From an uncultured Chloroflexia bacterium (lineage in GTDB: Bacteria; Chloroflexota; Limnocylindria; Limnocylindrales; CSP1-4), in assembly GCA_963813535.1 (NCBI GenBank), contig CAWEZH010000002.1, forward strand, positions 1,975,082 through 2,039,081: DNA of 64,000 nt, in the 5' to 3' direction. Made by a program: the position numbers and the translations under genes. Below, piece by piece: positions 9,049 through 18,295 of the stretch (position 1 is its first letter; every line of letters begins with the position of its first letter). The notes below the pieces were generated by a model. That model ran no database searches, was not told where the DNA came from, and was given only the letters and a program-made list of their open reading frames with translations.

Positions 9049-10297
9049 CCTGCTCATGGAGGAGGCGGCTGAAGCGCCCGATCCGGTCGGGCGCTTCGGC
9101 TGTCTCGACCCATCGGGCCACCAGCTCTTCACCCTGGTCGTAGGCGAAGACGTACAGCCGCGTCAGCGGATCGTCGATGAACTCGAGCCGCTTGGCGGCG
9201 ACCTCGTCCGGATAGCGCCCGACGTCCCGCAGGTAGGCGAGGACATCCTCGCGGCGCACGCCATCGGCATGCAGTCGTAGCGCGGCCTCGTCGGTCGCGG
9301 CGTCGAGCGTGTTCCTGGGGGCGATCAGCCCGATGGCGCGTTCGGCGAGCTCGCGCGCAGCAGCGGGGTCGGCCGCGACGGTCAGCCCGGCCCGATGGAA
9401 GAGTTCGATGAGCAGGTCCGCCCGCTCGTCGAGCGGGGAGGCGAACCGCGTGCCATAGCGGGCGAGCCCTTCGCTGACCGGTCCCTCGGGCGTGTTCGTC
9501 AGGAGCATCGACGCCTCGAGACGACGTGCCCCATCGACGAGGTCCGTTTCCTTCCAGGCCCCCTCGAGATGGTGGCCGGGGTAGCCCTCGTGCCCGAGCG
9601 TGACGATCAGGTCCGGCGCGGTGACCGGCAGGTCGATGTTGATCTCGAGACGCGACCGGCGGCCGCCGAGGTACCAGCAATACGCGATCCACGCCCGGTC
9701 CCGGACGATCGAGAGGCGGGTGGTCTCGCCATCGGGCAGCCCGACATCGTGCGCCGCCCGTTCCCGGAAGCGCCCGAGCAGCCACGCCGCCACCGACGGG
9801 AGGCGGTCCGCGGCGATCTGGACCCGTCGGTCCCATGCGGCGATGCGCTCCGCGATGGATCCAGGGCCCGGGAGGAGGTCGTCGATCGCCGCGACCGCGG
9901 CATCGAACTCGCCGTCGTCGTGGCGCCGCGGCGCGAAGCCCATGCACCGCTCGACGTACTCGGGGTACGACAGCGGCTCCCCGGCGAGTGCCCGCGCGTG
10001 CGCGTCGAGCGCCTGGAGCTGGGCGATCAGCCAGGCACGACGATCCGGCGCATCGACCTCGGCCGCGACCCGTTCGGCGAGCGAGGCGACGTCGTCGAGG
10101 AGTCGCCGCGGTGATCGGAGCTGATCGGTGTCGACCCGCGCCTTCAGGCCGGCCGGGCCGTAGTAGCCGTCGATGAGACCCGGCAGGTGCTGATCGAAAC
10201 GGAGTCCGAGCAGGAGATAGTCCGACGCGATGGGGTCGGGGGCCGGCACCAGCCGGGTGCCGCCGACCGCCGGGACCATCTGGGGTGCCGAGGTCAC
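9014..10297 (-). CDS. DUF885-like putative zinc metallopeptidase
   Basis: HEGYPGHH motif with downstream SEGLA. Confidence 0.65.
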   Translation of the reverse strand: MTSAPQMVPAVGGTRLVPAPDPIASDYLLLGLRFDQHLPGLIDGYYGPAGLKARVDTDQLRSPRRLLDDVASLAERVAAEVDAPDRRAWLIAQLQALDAHARALAGEPLSYPEYVERCMGFAPRRHDDGEFDAAVAAIDDLLPGPGSIAERIAAWDRRVQIAADRLPSVAAWLLGRFRERAAHDVGLPDGETTRLSIVRDRAWIAYCWYLGGRRSRLEINIDLPVTAPDLIVTLGHEGYPGHHLEGAWKETDLVDGARRLEASMLLTNTPEGPVSEGLARYGTRFASPLDERADLLIELFHRAGLTVAADPAAARELAERAIGLIAPRNTLDAATDEAALRLHADGVRREDVLAYLRDVGRYPDEVAAKRLEFIDDPLTRLYVFAYDQGEELVARWVETAEAPDRIGRFSRLLHEQVTPGRLLAERG

Positions 10298-10794
10298 CGC
10301 TGCATCTTGTCGGGGCGCGGGGCTCGCCGCTCCCCGTGGTCCCGATGGGTGTCGGCCCGTCGGCGCGCCTCGGCGAGCCGCTCGGCGAGGGACGGGTCCG
10401 GCGGCAGACCGGCGCGATCCGGTGCGCGATCCACCGACGGGGTCTCGGCCGACGGCCCGGAACCCAGCCCTCCCGACTCGCCGACGAAGGGCATCCCCTG
10501 ACGTTCGACCGCATCGAGGCTCATCCGCAGGGCGGCCGTCTTCTGTGTCGCGACCTCGCGCACGTATGCCGCCTCTTCATCCGGTGTCATCGGCCGGCCG
10601 CGGACGATGGCCTTCGGCTTGCCGACCATCAGCCAGGCGAGGTGATAGCGATCCATGCTGCCCCAGGCCGTCGCGAGGAGATCGTCGGAGAGCTGGAGCC
10701 AGACGCGCATCGCCCCGAGCGATGGCTGCGCGTCGAGCCGCTCGCCCTCGTCGATGAGTTGCCGGGTCCGGGCGATCAGCTCGTCACGAGTCAC
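10294..10794 (-). CDS. Hypothetical protein
   Basis: GTG start overlaps the pabC stop (GTGA); ordered helical sequence TRDELIARTRQLIDEGERL...; coupled to the next gene. Confidence 0.7.
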   Translation of the reverse strand: MTRDELIARTRQLIDEGERLDAQPSLGAMRVWLQLSDDLLATAWGSMDRYHLAWLMVGKPKAIVRGRPMTPDEEAAYVREVATQKTAALRMSLDAVERQGMPFVGESGGLGSGPSAETPSVDRAPDRAGLPPDPSLAERLAEARRRADTHRDHGERRAPRPDKMQR

Positions 10795-11732
10795 GGGCGT
10801 GCGGCTTCCGCGCCGGTGGGGGTCTCGCGCAGCATCCCCTCGCGATCGGCGCGGGCCTGCAGCGTCCACCGTCCCGGACGGCCGTCGCCGATGTCCGCAC
10901 CGTCGAACGCAGTCACGGGCAGGATCCCGGCCACGCTCGAGGACAGGAAGGCCTCCTCGGCGGACGCGAGGTCGTCGCGGCGCAGCCGACCCTCGAACGG
11001 ACGGAGCCCGGCGCGAGCCGCCCATCCGAGCAGCCAGGACCGGGTCGTCCCCGGCAGGATCGCGCAATCGAGCGAGGGCGTCGCCAGCTCGAGCGTGCCA
11101 TCGGCGCCTCGACGGACCAGGAAGATGTTCGCCGACGTCCCTTCCGAGAGGTGGTCGTCGATCGTCAGGAACAATGCATCGTCGGCGCCCGCGCGACGCG
11201 CCTCCAGCCTCGCATAGACGTATTCCGCGCGCGAGGTGGTCTTGAGGGTGGCCAGCGGGTTGCGCGGGTCGCGCCGGACCGCGGAGGCAACGAGATGGAG
11301 CCCCCGCTCGAGGTGGTCGACCGGAGCGGGCACGACAGGCCACGCCTGGATCGCGATCGTGGCGCTCGCGTCCTCGTTGGCCGGAAGCACGCCTCGGGCG
11401 CGGTAGACGCCTCGCGAGACCGTGATCCTGATCGACGCGTCACCGTCGTCACCGTCGAGGCCATCGGCGGCGAGGAGCGAAGCGATGCCCTCGGTCAGCA
11501 GCCTGTCGACGTCCGCGGGAAGCTCGATGTCGAGACCGGCGGCCGATCGCCGGAGGCGGGCGAGATGGGCGTCGAGCTCTGCGGGGCGACCGCCTCGCGC
11601 TCGCAGCGTCTCGAAGATGCCGTCGCCGAGCTGGAACCCGCGATCGAAGACGGACAGATGGCGGCCCTCCGCCGGGTGGATCTCGCCATCGACCCACACG
11701 TGGCCGCGCGGCGGGTTCCCGGCCGACGTCAT
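10791..11732 (-). CDS. pabC: Class IV aminotransferase / 4-amino-4-deoxychorismate lyase
   Basis: DRGFQLGDGIFET, LKTT, EGTSANIF, ILPGTTR and EAFLSSS motifs; ATGA-coupled to pabB. Confidence 0.8.
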   Translation of the reverse strand: MTSAGNPPRGHVWVDGEIHPAEGRHLSVFDRGFQLGDGIFETLRARGGRPAELDAHLARLRRSAAGLDIELPADVDRLLTEGIASLLAADGLDGDDGDASIRITVSRGVYRARGVLPANEDASATIAIQAWPVVPAPVDHLERGLHLVASAVRRDPRNPLATLKTTSRAEYVYARLEARRAGADDALFLTIDDHLSEGTSANIFLVRRGADGTLELATPSLDCAILPGTTRSWLLGWAARAGLRPFEGRLRRDDLASAEEAFLSSSVAGILPVTAFDGADIGDGRPGRWTLQARADREGMLRETPTGAEAARP

Positions 11733-13156
11733 GGGACCTCCTCGCCACCGATCGCACTCAGCGGGCCATGCGCCTTGGCCACGGTCTCCTGCCACTCGCC
11801 CGCCGGGTCGCTGCCCCAGGTGATGCCACCGCCGACGTGGAGCGTCAACCGGCGACCGTCGGCCACGAACGTCCGGATCAGGATGCTGGTCTGCATCGCG
11901 CCGTCCGGGCCGACCCACCCGAGCGCGCCGGTGTAGGGTCCGCGCCGGACCGGCTCGAGACCTTCGAGGATCTCCATCGCGCGGATCTTCGGGGCACCCG
12001 TGATCGAGCCGCCGGGGAAGCTCGCAGCGAGCAGGTCGAAGGCGTCTCGTCCGGGTGCGAGCCGCCCGGTGACCGTCGAGACGAGATGCTGGACGGCCGC
12101 CGTTCGCTCCAGCCGGCACAAGCGCGGCACGCGGACGGTTCCCGGCAGGCACACGCGACCAAGGTCGTTGCGCAGCACGTCGACGATCATCACGTTCTCG
12201 GCGCGATCCTTCGCGCTCATCAGCAGCTCACGCGCGAGTGCCCGGTCCTCGGCGCGATCATGTCCACGCCTCCGGGTGCCCTTGATCGGGTCGGTGGCGA
12301 CGACGCCATCGGCGTCGAGCGAGAGGAACGGCTCGGGCGAGGCGGACAGCAAGGCGCGAGCCATCCCGGTCTCTGGCGATTGCCCGAGGTCGAGGAACGC
12401 CGAAAACAGCGACGGGTCGCCTGTCCGCAAGTGCCGGTAGAGCGCCCAGGGGTCGCCGTCGAACGGCGTCTCGAGGCGGCGCGTCAGGTTCGCCTGGTAG
12501 ATGTCGCCAGCCGCGATGTGCTGGCGAACGGTCTCCACACCCGCTTCGTAGGCCGCGCGCGACAGACCGGATCGGAAGACGAGCGAGCGAGCGAGGTCAT
12601 GCCGTTCGTCGTCGACTGGCAGCGGCATCGTCAGCCGCGCATGGACGTCATCGAGCCGTTCCGCGAGGCGCCGACCGTCGCCGTCCACGGCACGGCCGCA
12701 CAGCCAGGCGTCGCCGGTCCGACGGTCCCATGCGACCACCCAGTCGTGGAGCGCCAGCCGCAGTGACGGCAGCCCCTGGTCGTCCATCGCGATCGACGGA
12801 AGGCGCTCGAGGACGTGCCCGAGGTCGTAGCCGAGGAACCCCACGAGGCCGCCGATGAAGGGCGGCGTGTCCGGCCCGTCGCGGAGGCTCGGATCCAGCC
12901 GGCCGACGAGGCGTCGAGCGACGGCGAACGGATCGGGACCGGCGGCCGGCGCCTCGAGCACGGCCACCGGATCGGCCGTGAGGTAGCTCCAGCGGGCGTT
13001 CCGACCCGGCCTCGCACTCTCGAGCAGGACCAGCCCCGGGAGATCGCGGAAGGCCTCGGCCGCATCGATCGGGCGCACGCTCGCCACGCGCGACAGCCGG
13101 CGCAGACGGATCTGCGGGTAGGGCGAGGCGGGCTCGATCGGTCGGCTCGGGATCAC
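11729..13156 (-). CDS. pabB: Aminodeoxychorismate synthase component I
   Basis: LLES, GDIYQANL, SASPE, PIKGT, KDRAENVMIVDVLRNDL and SFPGGSITGAPK motifs; GTG six nt after TATCAT. Confidence 0.88.
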   Translation of the reverse strand: MIPSRPIEPASPYPQIRLRRLSRVASVRPIDAAEAFRDLPGLVLLESARPGRNARWSYLTADPVAVLEAPAAGPDPFAVARRLVGRLDPSLRDGPDTPPFIGGLVGFLGYDLGHVLERLPSIAMDDQGLPSLRLALHDWVVAWDRRTGDAWLCGRAVDGDGRRLAERLDDVHARLTMPLPVDDERHDLARSLVFRSGLSRAAYEAGVETVRQHIAAGDIYQANLTRRLETPFDGDPWALYRHLRTGDPSLFSAFLDLGQSPETGMARALLSASPEPFLSLDADGVVATDPIKGTRRRGHDRAEDRALARELLMSAKDRAENVMIVDVLRNDLGRVCLPGTVRVPRLCRLERTAAVQHLVSTVTGRLAPGRDAFDLLAASFPGGSITGAPKIRAMEILEGLEPVRRGPYTGALGWVGPDGAMQTSILIRTFVADGRRLTLHVGGGITWGSDPAGEWQETVAKAHGPLSAIGGEEVP

Positions 13157-13228
13157 GCCGGGATGATACGGCCGAGTCGGCCGCGGGCCCGCCCGACCCG
13201 ACGGACGCGCGGCCGCTACCCTCCTCGG

Positions 13229-14341
13229 ATGCGAGCACGAGACCTCGGGATCCGCATCGGCCTCGGCACTCCCGGCCCCCGCAACGCGATCACCGACGTC
13301 GACGGCGTCACGGTCGGCCACACGACCCTGATCCGCGGAGCCGGGGCGCTGGTCGTCGGCCAGGGACCCGTTCGCACCGGGGTGACGGTCGTGTGCGCGC
13401 GGGGTACGGACTCGTTGCGCGAGCCGGTGTTCGCGGGGTGCCACAGCCTCAACGGCAACGGCGAGATGACCGGCTTCGAGTGGGTCCGCGAGTCGGGCCT
13501 GCTGACGACACCGATCGCCATCACGAACACCCACAGCGTCGGCGTCGTGCGGGACGCCCTCGTCGCGGCGTCCGTCGACGGGGACGACGCGAGCTGGTCG
13601 TTACCGGTCGTCGGCGAGACCTACGACGGCCTGCTCAACGACATGAACGGTTTCCACGTGACCGGCGCACACCTCCATGAAGCGCTCGCGACCGCGCACG
13701 GCGGGCCGGTCGACGAGGGCGCCGTGGGTGGCGGCACCGGGAGCGTCTGCCACGAGTTCAAGGGCGGCATCGGCACGGCGTCGCGCGTGCTCCGGGAGGA
13801 CGCCGGCGCGTACACCGTCGGCGCGCTCGTGCAGGCCAACTACGGCAAGCGCGATTGGTTGCGGGTCGACGGCGTCCGGGTCGGCGAGGCCATCCCACTC
13901 AGCGAGGTCCCGAGCCCGTATGGCGAACAGCGTGCGTCGCCGCCGGCAGGCTCCGGGTCGATCATCGTGGTCGTCGCCACCGATGCTCCGTTGCTGCCGC
14001 ACCAGTGCAAGCGACTGGCCCAGCGCGCCGGTCTCGGCATCGCCCGGGTCGGCGGGACGGGCGGCCACACGAGCGGCGACCTGTTCATCGCCTTCGCCAC
14101 CGGCAATCGGATCCCGCACAGCTCCGATGACGACGATCCGATCGGTCTGCAGACATACGAGCTGCGGGCGGTGGGCGACATGATCATCGACCTGCTCTTC
14201 GATGCCGTCATCGAGGCGACCGAGGAGGCGATCGTCAATGCGCTGGTGGCGGCCCCGACGGTCGTCGGCCGTGACGGCATCACCGCCCACGCGCTCCCGC
14301 ACGATCGCCTGGTGGAGGTGGTGCGGGCGGCCGGTCGGTGA
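13229..14341 (+). CDS. dmpA: P1/S58 family peptidase (DmpA-like L-aminopeptidase/D-esterase)
   Basis: NAITDVDGVTVGH, RTGVT, FKGGIGTASR and the GS|IIVVVATDAP autocleavage motif. Confidence 0.9.
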   Translation: MRARDLGIRIGLGTPGPRNAITDVDGVTVGHTTLIRGAGALVVGQGPVRTGVTVVCARGTDSLREPVFAGCHSLNGNGEMTGFEWVRESGLLTTPIAITNTHSVGVVRDALVAASVDGDDASWSLPVVGETYDGLLNDMNGFHVTGAHLHEALATAHGGPVDEGAVGGGTGSVCHEFKGGIGTASRVLREDAGAYTVGALVQANYGKRDWLRVDGVRVGEAIPLSEVPSPYGEQRASPPAGSGSIIVVVATDAPLLPHQCKRLAQRAGLGIARVGGTGGHTSGDLFIAFATGNRIPHSSDDDDPIGLQTYELRAVGDMIIDLLFDAVIEATEEAIVNALVAAPTVVGRDGITAHALPHDRLVEVVRAAGR

Positions 14342-15207
14342 CCGCCCGGGGAGACGTCATGGTCCGCGCCGGGCGCGCGGACGATCTCCACCAGCTCGCC
14401 CGGATCATGGAGGCGAACGACGAGGGCGTGGGCTGGCCGGACATGCCCGAGCTGGGCTATCCGTACCTGGAGCACGTCCTCCGCCACAAGCGCCTGCGTG
14501 TCGCCGAGCTCGACGGTCGCGTCGTCGGCATCGGCTCGGCCGCGGACCTGGGCAGCAGCGACGTCCGGATGGTGACGGACCTGTTCGTCGACCCGGATGC
14601 GCAGGAGCGCGGCTCCGGTCGAGCGTTGCTCGACGCGATCCTGGACGGTGCCCGGGAGCGGCTGACGTTCAGCTCCGCCGACGACCGAGCGCTCGGCCTG
14701 TATATCCGCGCGGGCATGCGGCCGTTCTGGCCGCTGCTCTACCTCGAGGTCGGGCCGGGCAGCCTTGGGCTGCATGATCCAGGCATCGAGGTGCGCGCGG
14801 CCGATCCCGCCGAAACGGCACGCTGGTCGGCGACCTGGTCCGGTCTCGACCGATCATCCGATTTCGAGCACTACGCCTCGCTGCCGGGGGCGGCCGGCTT
14901 CAGCGTCATCGATGCGGGTGCGGTGGCTGCGGTCGGCTGGGCGCGTCGGGAGCAGGACGCGTCCGACGGCCGATGGCTCTCACACGCCTCGATCGCTCCC
15001 GACGCCGACCCGGTCCGAGCGACCTTCGCGCTCCTGCGGGCCGCCGCGGGTGACGAGCCACTCAACGCTCCCGTGCCCGGTCCCCATCCCGCCCTCGCCG
15101 CGCTCATCGAGCACGGCGCCAGGATCAGCGGTCGCGACACGTTCTGCGCCACCGATCCCGGCCTCGTCGACCCGGTCCGGATCCTGCCCAACCCGGCGTT
15201 CGTGTAG
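14338..15207 (+). CDS. GNAT family N-acetyltransferase (two-domain)
   Basis: LFVDPDAQERGSGRALL and ALGLYIRAGM; GTGA overlap. Confidence 0.8.
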   Translation: MTARGDVMVRAGRADDLHQLARIMEANDEGVGWPDMPELGYPYLEHVLRHKRLRVAELDGRVVGIGSAADLGSSDVRMVTDLFVDPDAQERGSGRALLDAILDGARERLTFSSADDRALGLYIRAGMRPFWPLLYLEVGPGSLGLHDPGIEVRAADPAETARWSATWSGLDRSSDFEHYASLPGAAGFSVIDAGAVAAVGWARREQDASDGRWLSHASIAPDADPVRATFALLRAAAGDEPLNAPVPGPHPALAALIEHGARISGRDTFCATDPGLVDPVRILPNPAFV

Positions 15208-16590
15208 GCCACGATCCACGCCCGACCTCGCCCGGCCGAACGCGTCGAGCGTCGCCTCGAGGAGTGGCAGCATCGCACTCACCCGTCGCGATCGGATGAC
15301 GGCGTCCCAGAGCGGCTCGAGCTTCTTCCAGCCACCGGAGTAGGCGAGGTGGCGCATCGAGCGATGCACGCTCGACTGCCCGAGGGCTCCGCGCACGATC
15401 GAGCCCCAGGTGTAGAAGTCGCGATACGCGCGCTGATAGCCGTCGAGCAGGGCCGCGGGCTCCATCCGCCGCGGCCGGTACACGACGTGCCGCGTGTCGT
15501 AGTGATCCCAGTCATGGTCGGTGATCCGCCCCTCCGCGACGATCCGATCGTGCAAGGCGGTGCCGGGATACGGCGTCATGATGTGGAAGGTCGCCGTCTC
15601 GATGCTGCGCGACACAGCCCAGTCGACGGTCCTGTCGAACACGTCCGGACCGTCGTCGTCGAGGCCGAATACGAAGCTGGCATTGATCATGATCCCGAGG
15701 TCGTGCACGCGGCGGATGACCTCGTCGTAGTCGCGCGACAGGTTCTGGCGCTTCGCGTGCAATCGCAGGTTCTCGGGATTGATCGTCTCGAGACCGACGA
15801 ACACGCTGCGCATCCCGGCGCCGGCGGCCTGCTCGATCAGGTCGGACCGCAGGATCGCGTCGACCGTGCTCGCCCCCTGGAAGACGCGGCCCATGCCGCG
15901 CATCCCCTCGAAGAGCGCCGACGCGAAGCGCGGATTGCCGAGCAGGTGGTCGTCGAGGAAGTAGACGTGGCGACCCGGCATGCGCTCGATCTCGGCCAGC
16001 GCCCGGTCGACGGTCTGCGTGTAGAAGGAGATGCCGCCCTTGTAGAACGCATCCTTGTAGCAGAAGTCGCAGTGGTGGGGACAGCCGCGTGAGACGACGA
16101 TCGAGTTCGGGCACAGGTAGCGCCCCCGATCGATGAGATCCCGCCGGATCGGCGGGGCGTCGTCGAGCGATCGGCGCTGGGAGACGTAGCGCGCCAGCGG
16201 ATCGCCCCGCCGGAGATCCTCGAGGAATCGGGGCCACGTGTCCTCCCCCGGGCCGATGAAGATGGTGTCGGCGTGGCCCGCCGCCTCGTCGGGCATCGAG
16301 CTGACATGCAGACCACCGAGGGCCACATGGCTGCCCAGCGCCCGGTAATGGGCGGCCAGCTGGTAGGCCCGCTTCGCCGAGGTGATGTACACCGACATCA
16401 CGACGAGATCCGGTCGGTCGTCGAGAGCGAGCGGCATGACGTGCTCGTCCTCGAGCACGGCCTCGTCGTCGGGGTCCAGGTAGCCGGCCAGGGAGGCCAG
16501 CCCGAGCGGCGGGAACAACGCGTATTTGATCGGTCGGAAGCCCGGATCGGTGGCTTCGAGCAGGGCAGGCAGGATGAACTTGACCTTCAT
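14980..16590 (-). CDS. B12-binding domain radical SAM protein
   Basis: PPLGLASLAG, LGGLHVS and SRGCPHHCDFC (CxxxCxxC); GGAGG RBS before MKVKF. The 3' end overlaps the convergent gene by 228 nt. Confidence 0.88.
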   Translation of the reverse strand: MKVKFILPALLEATDPGFRPIKYALFPPLGLASLAGYLDPDDEAVLEDEHVMPLALDDRPDLVVMSVYITSAKRAYQLAAHYRALGSHVALGGLHVSSMPDEAAGHADTIFIGPGEDTWPRFLEDLRRGDPLARYVSQRRSLDDAPPIRRDLIDRGRYLCPNSIVVSRGCPHHCDFCYKDAFYKGGISFYTQTVDRALAEIERMPGRHVYFLDDHLLGNPRFASALFEGMRGMGRVFQGASTVDAILRSDLIEQAAGAGMRSVFVGLETINPENLRLHAKRQNLSRDYDEVIRRVHDLGIMINASFVFGLDDDGPDVFDRTVDWAVSRSIETATFHIMTPYPGTALHDRIVAEGRITDHDWDHYDTRHVVYRPRRMEPAALLDGYQRAYRDFYTWGSIVRGALGQSSVHRSMRHLAYSGGWKKLEPLWDAVIRSRRVSAMLPLLEATLDAFGRARSGVDRGLHERRVGQDPDRVDEAGIGGAERVATADPGAVLDERGEGGMGTGHGSVEWLVTRGGPQEREGRSDRVGVGSDRGV

Positions 16591-16712
16591 CGGCCGTCCT
16601 CCGGAGCGAGCGACTTGCTGAAGGTCGCTATCCGGGGGACGGGCCGATGCAGTCGGCGTGTGACGGGCGGGGACCTGGAGGGGGACCTCCGCGGCTCGCC
16701 CGCGGGAGTGGG

Positions 16713-17582
16713 CTAGTCGCCGACTCCCACCGCGACCGGCTTCTCGATCGGCACGCCGATTAGGCTCCCGTATTCGGTCCAGCTGCCGTCGTAGTTGCGT
16801 ACCCGGTCGTAGCCCAGCAGCTCGTGGAGGACGAACCACGAATGGCTCGATCGCTCGCCGATCCGGCAATAGGCGATGACGTCCTTGTCGGGCGTGATGC
16901 CCTTGGCCTCGTACAGCTGTGCCAGCTCATCGCGGTCCTTGAACGTGCCGTCCTCACGCACCGTCTGCGCCCACGGGATCGACGCCGCACCCGGGATGTG
17001 CCCCGCCCGCTGGGCGGTCTCGGGCATGTTCGGCGGGGCGATGATCTCGCCGTTGAACTCGGCCGGCGAACGGACATCCACGAGGGCCAGCTCGGGATCG
17101 CCGAGCCGCGGCAGGATGTCGTCGCGGAAGGCACGCAAGCTGAAGTCCTGTTCGGGCAGGTCGTACGAGGTCGCCTCGTAGGCCGGCACGTCGATGGTCA
17201 GCGGCAGCCCCTGGTCGAGCCAGTACTTGCGCCCGCCGTCGAGGATGCGGACGTCGTCGTGGCCGTAGAGCTTGAGCTGCCAATACGCCCACGCGGCGAA
17301 CCAGTTGTTGTTGTCGCCGTACAGCACGATGGTCGTGTCGGGCCCGATGCCCGAGTCCGACAGCAGCTTCGCGAAGTCGTCGCGCGACGCGATGTCGCGG
17401 CGCACGCCGTCCGAGAGCTGGCTCGTCCAGTTCCAGGCGACGGCACCCGGCAGGTGGCTCTGCTCGTAGCTCGTGGTGTCGACGTCGACCTCGACGAAGC
17501 GCACCGTCGGATGGTCGAGATGGCTCTGCGCCCAGGCGGCGTCGACGAGCGCGGTGGATGCGGTGGTGTCGTGATGGCTCAT
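16713..17582 (-). CDS. Tandem-domain rhodanese / thiosulfate sulfurtransferase (CysA/SseA type)
   Basis: HLPGAV, GHIPGA, active-site YCRIGERS and YDGSWTEY. Confidence 0.93.
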   Translation of the reverse strand: MSHHDTTASTALVDAAWAQSHLDHPTVRFVEVDVDTTSYEQSHLPGAVAWNWTSQLSDGVRRDIASRDDFAKLLSDSGIGPDTTIVLYGDNNNWFAAWAYWQLKLYGHDDVRILDGGRKYWLDQGLPLTIDVPAYEATSYDLPEQDFSLRAFRDDILPRLGDPELALVDVRSPAEFNGEIIAPPNMPETAQRAGHIPGAASIPWAQTVREDGTFKDRDELAQLYEAKGITPDKDVIAYCRIGERSSHSWFVLHELLGYDRVRNYDGSWTEYGSLIGVPIEKPVAVGVGD

Positions 17583-17652
17583 GAGGATGGATCTCCCCTC
17601 GGGTTCGATGTGACTTGGGTATGAACGATGATCGAGGTCGCGGCGGTCGGGA

Positions 17653-18132
17653 TCAGTCGGCGGACGTCGGTCGGTCGCGACGGCTGAACTCGGCGAGCCG
17701 CTCGGTACACTCGGCGGCCGCGCGCATCGCCTGGCGCACGATCCACGGGTCGACGCGGCTCGAGTCCTCCACGGTCAGCGTCGGACCCGACGGGCCGTCG
17801 GCGATATCGAGTCCCGAGCTGTTGCGATAGTCGGCCATCCAGTTCGCCTGGAGCTGGAGGGCGACGTCGGCGACGACGGACACGGGAAAGAGCCAGTCGA
17901 GGTACGACGCGTTCAGGCGATCGGCGATGTCGGCAAGGCGGACCGGTCGTCCGCGCTCGAGCCGCGCGATGAGGTCGATGACCCGCACCGATGTGAAGGG
18001 ATCCCGCGCCTCGCCCACCGTCGGCGGCGTGATCGACGGGTCCGGCATCCCTGCCGGGGCCGGTCGCAGCGGGCCCAGCCCGATGGTCGCGGTGGGGGCG
18101 TCGCTCACGAGGGGCATCTCCGACTGGATCAC
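17653..18132 (-). CDS. Hypothetical protein, possible winged-helix domain
   Basis: Coding-like ORF; RVIDLIARL...VRLADIADRLN resembles a wHTH; TAGACT -10 upstream. Confidence 0.6.
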   Translation of the reverse strand: MIQSEMPLVSDAPTATIGLGPLRPAPAGMPDPSITPPTVGEARDPFTSVRVIDLIARLERGRPVRLADIADRLNASYLDWLFPVSVVADVALQLQANWMADYRNSSGLDIADGPSGPTLTVEDSSRVDPWIVRQAMRAAAECTERLAEFSRRDRPTSAD

Positions 18133-18295
18133 TGGGGATTGGCGAGTCTAGCGCATCGTGGATGAACCTTCACCGCTCGCCTCCCCTGCCCTGAACCGTT
18201 CTGGGGCATGCTTCCCGATGCCGGACGGACGTCCGGCGCGTCTGCGCGGCGACCGCGCGGCCGAGCGTCCCCGCCGCACGAGCCCGATGCCTCCG

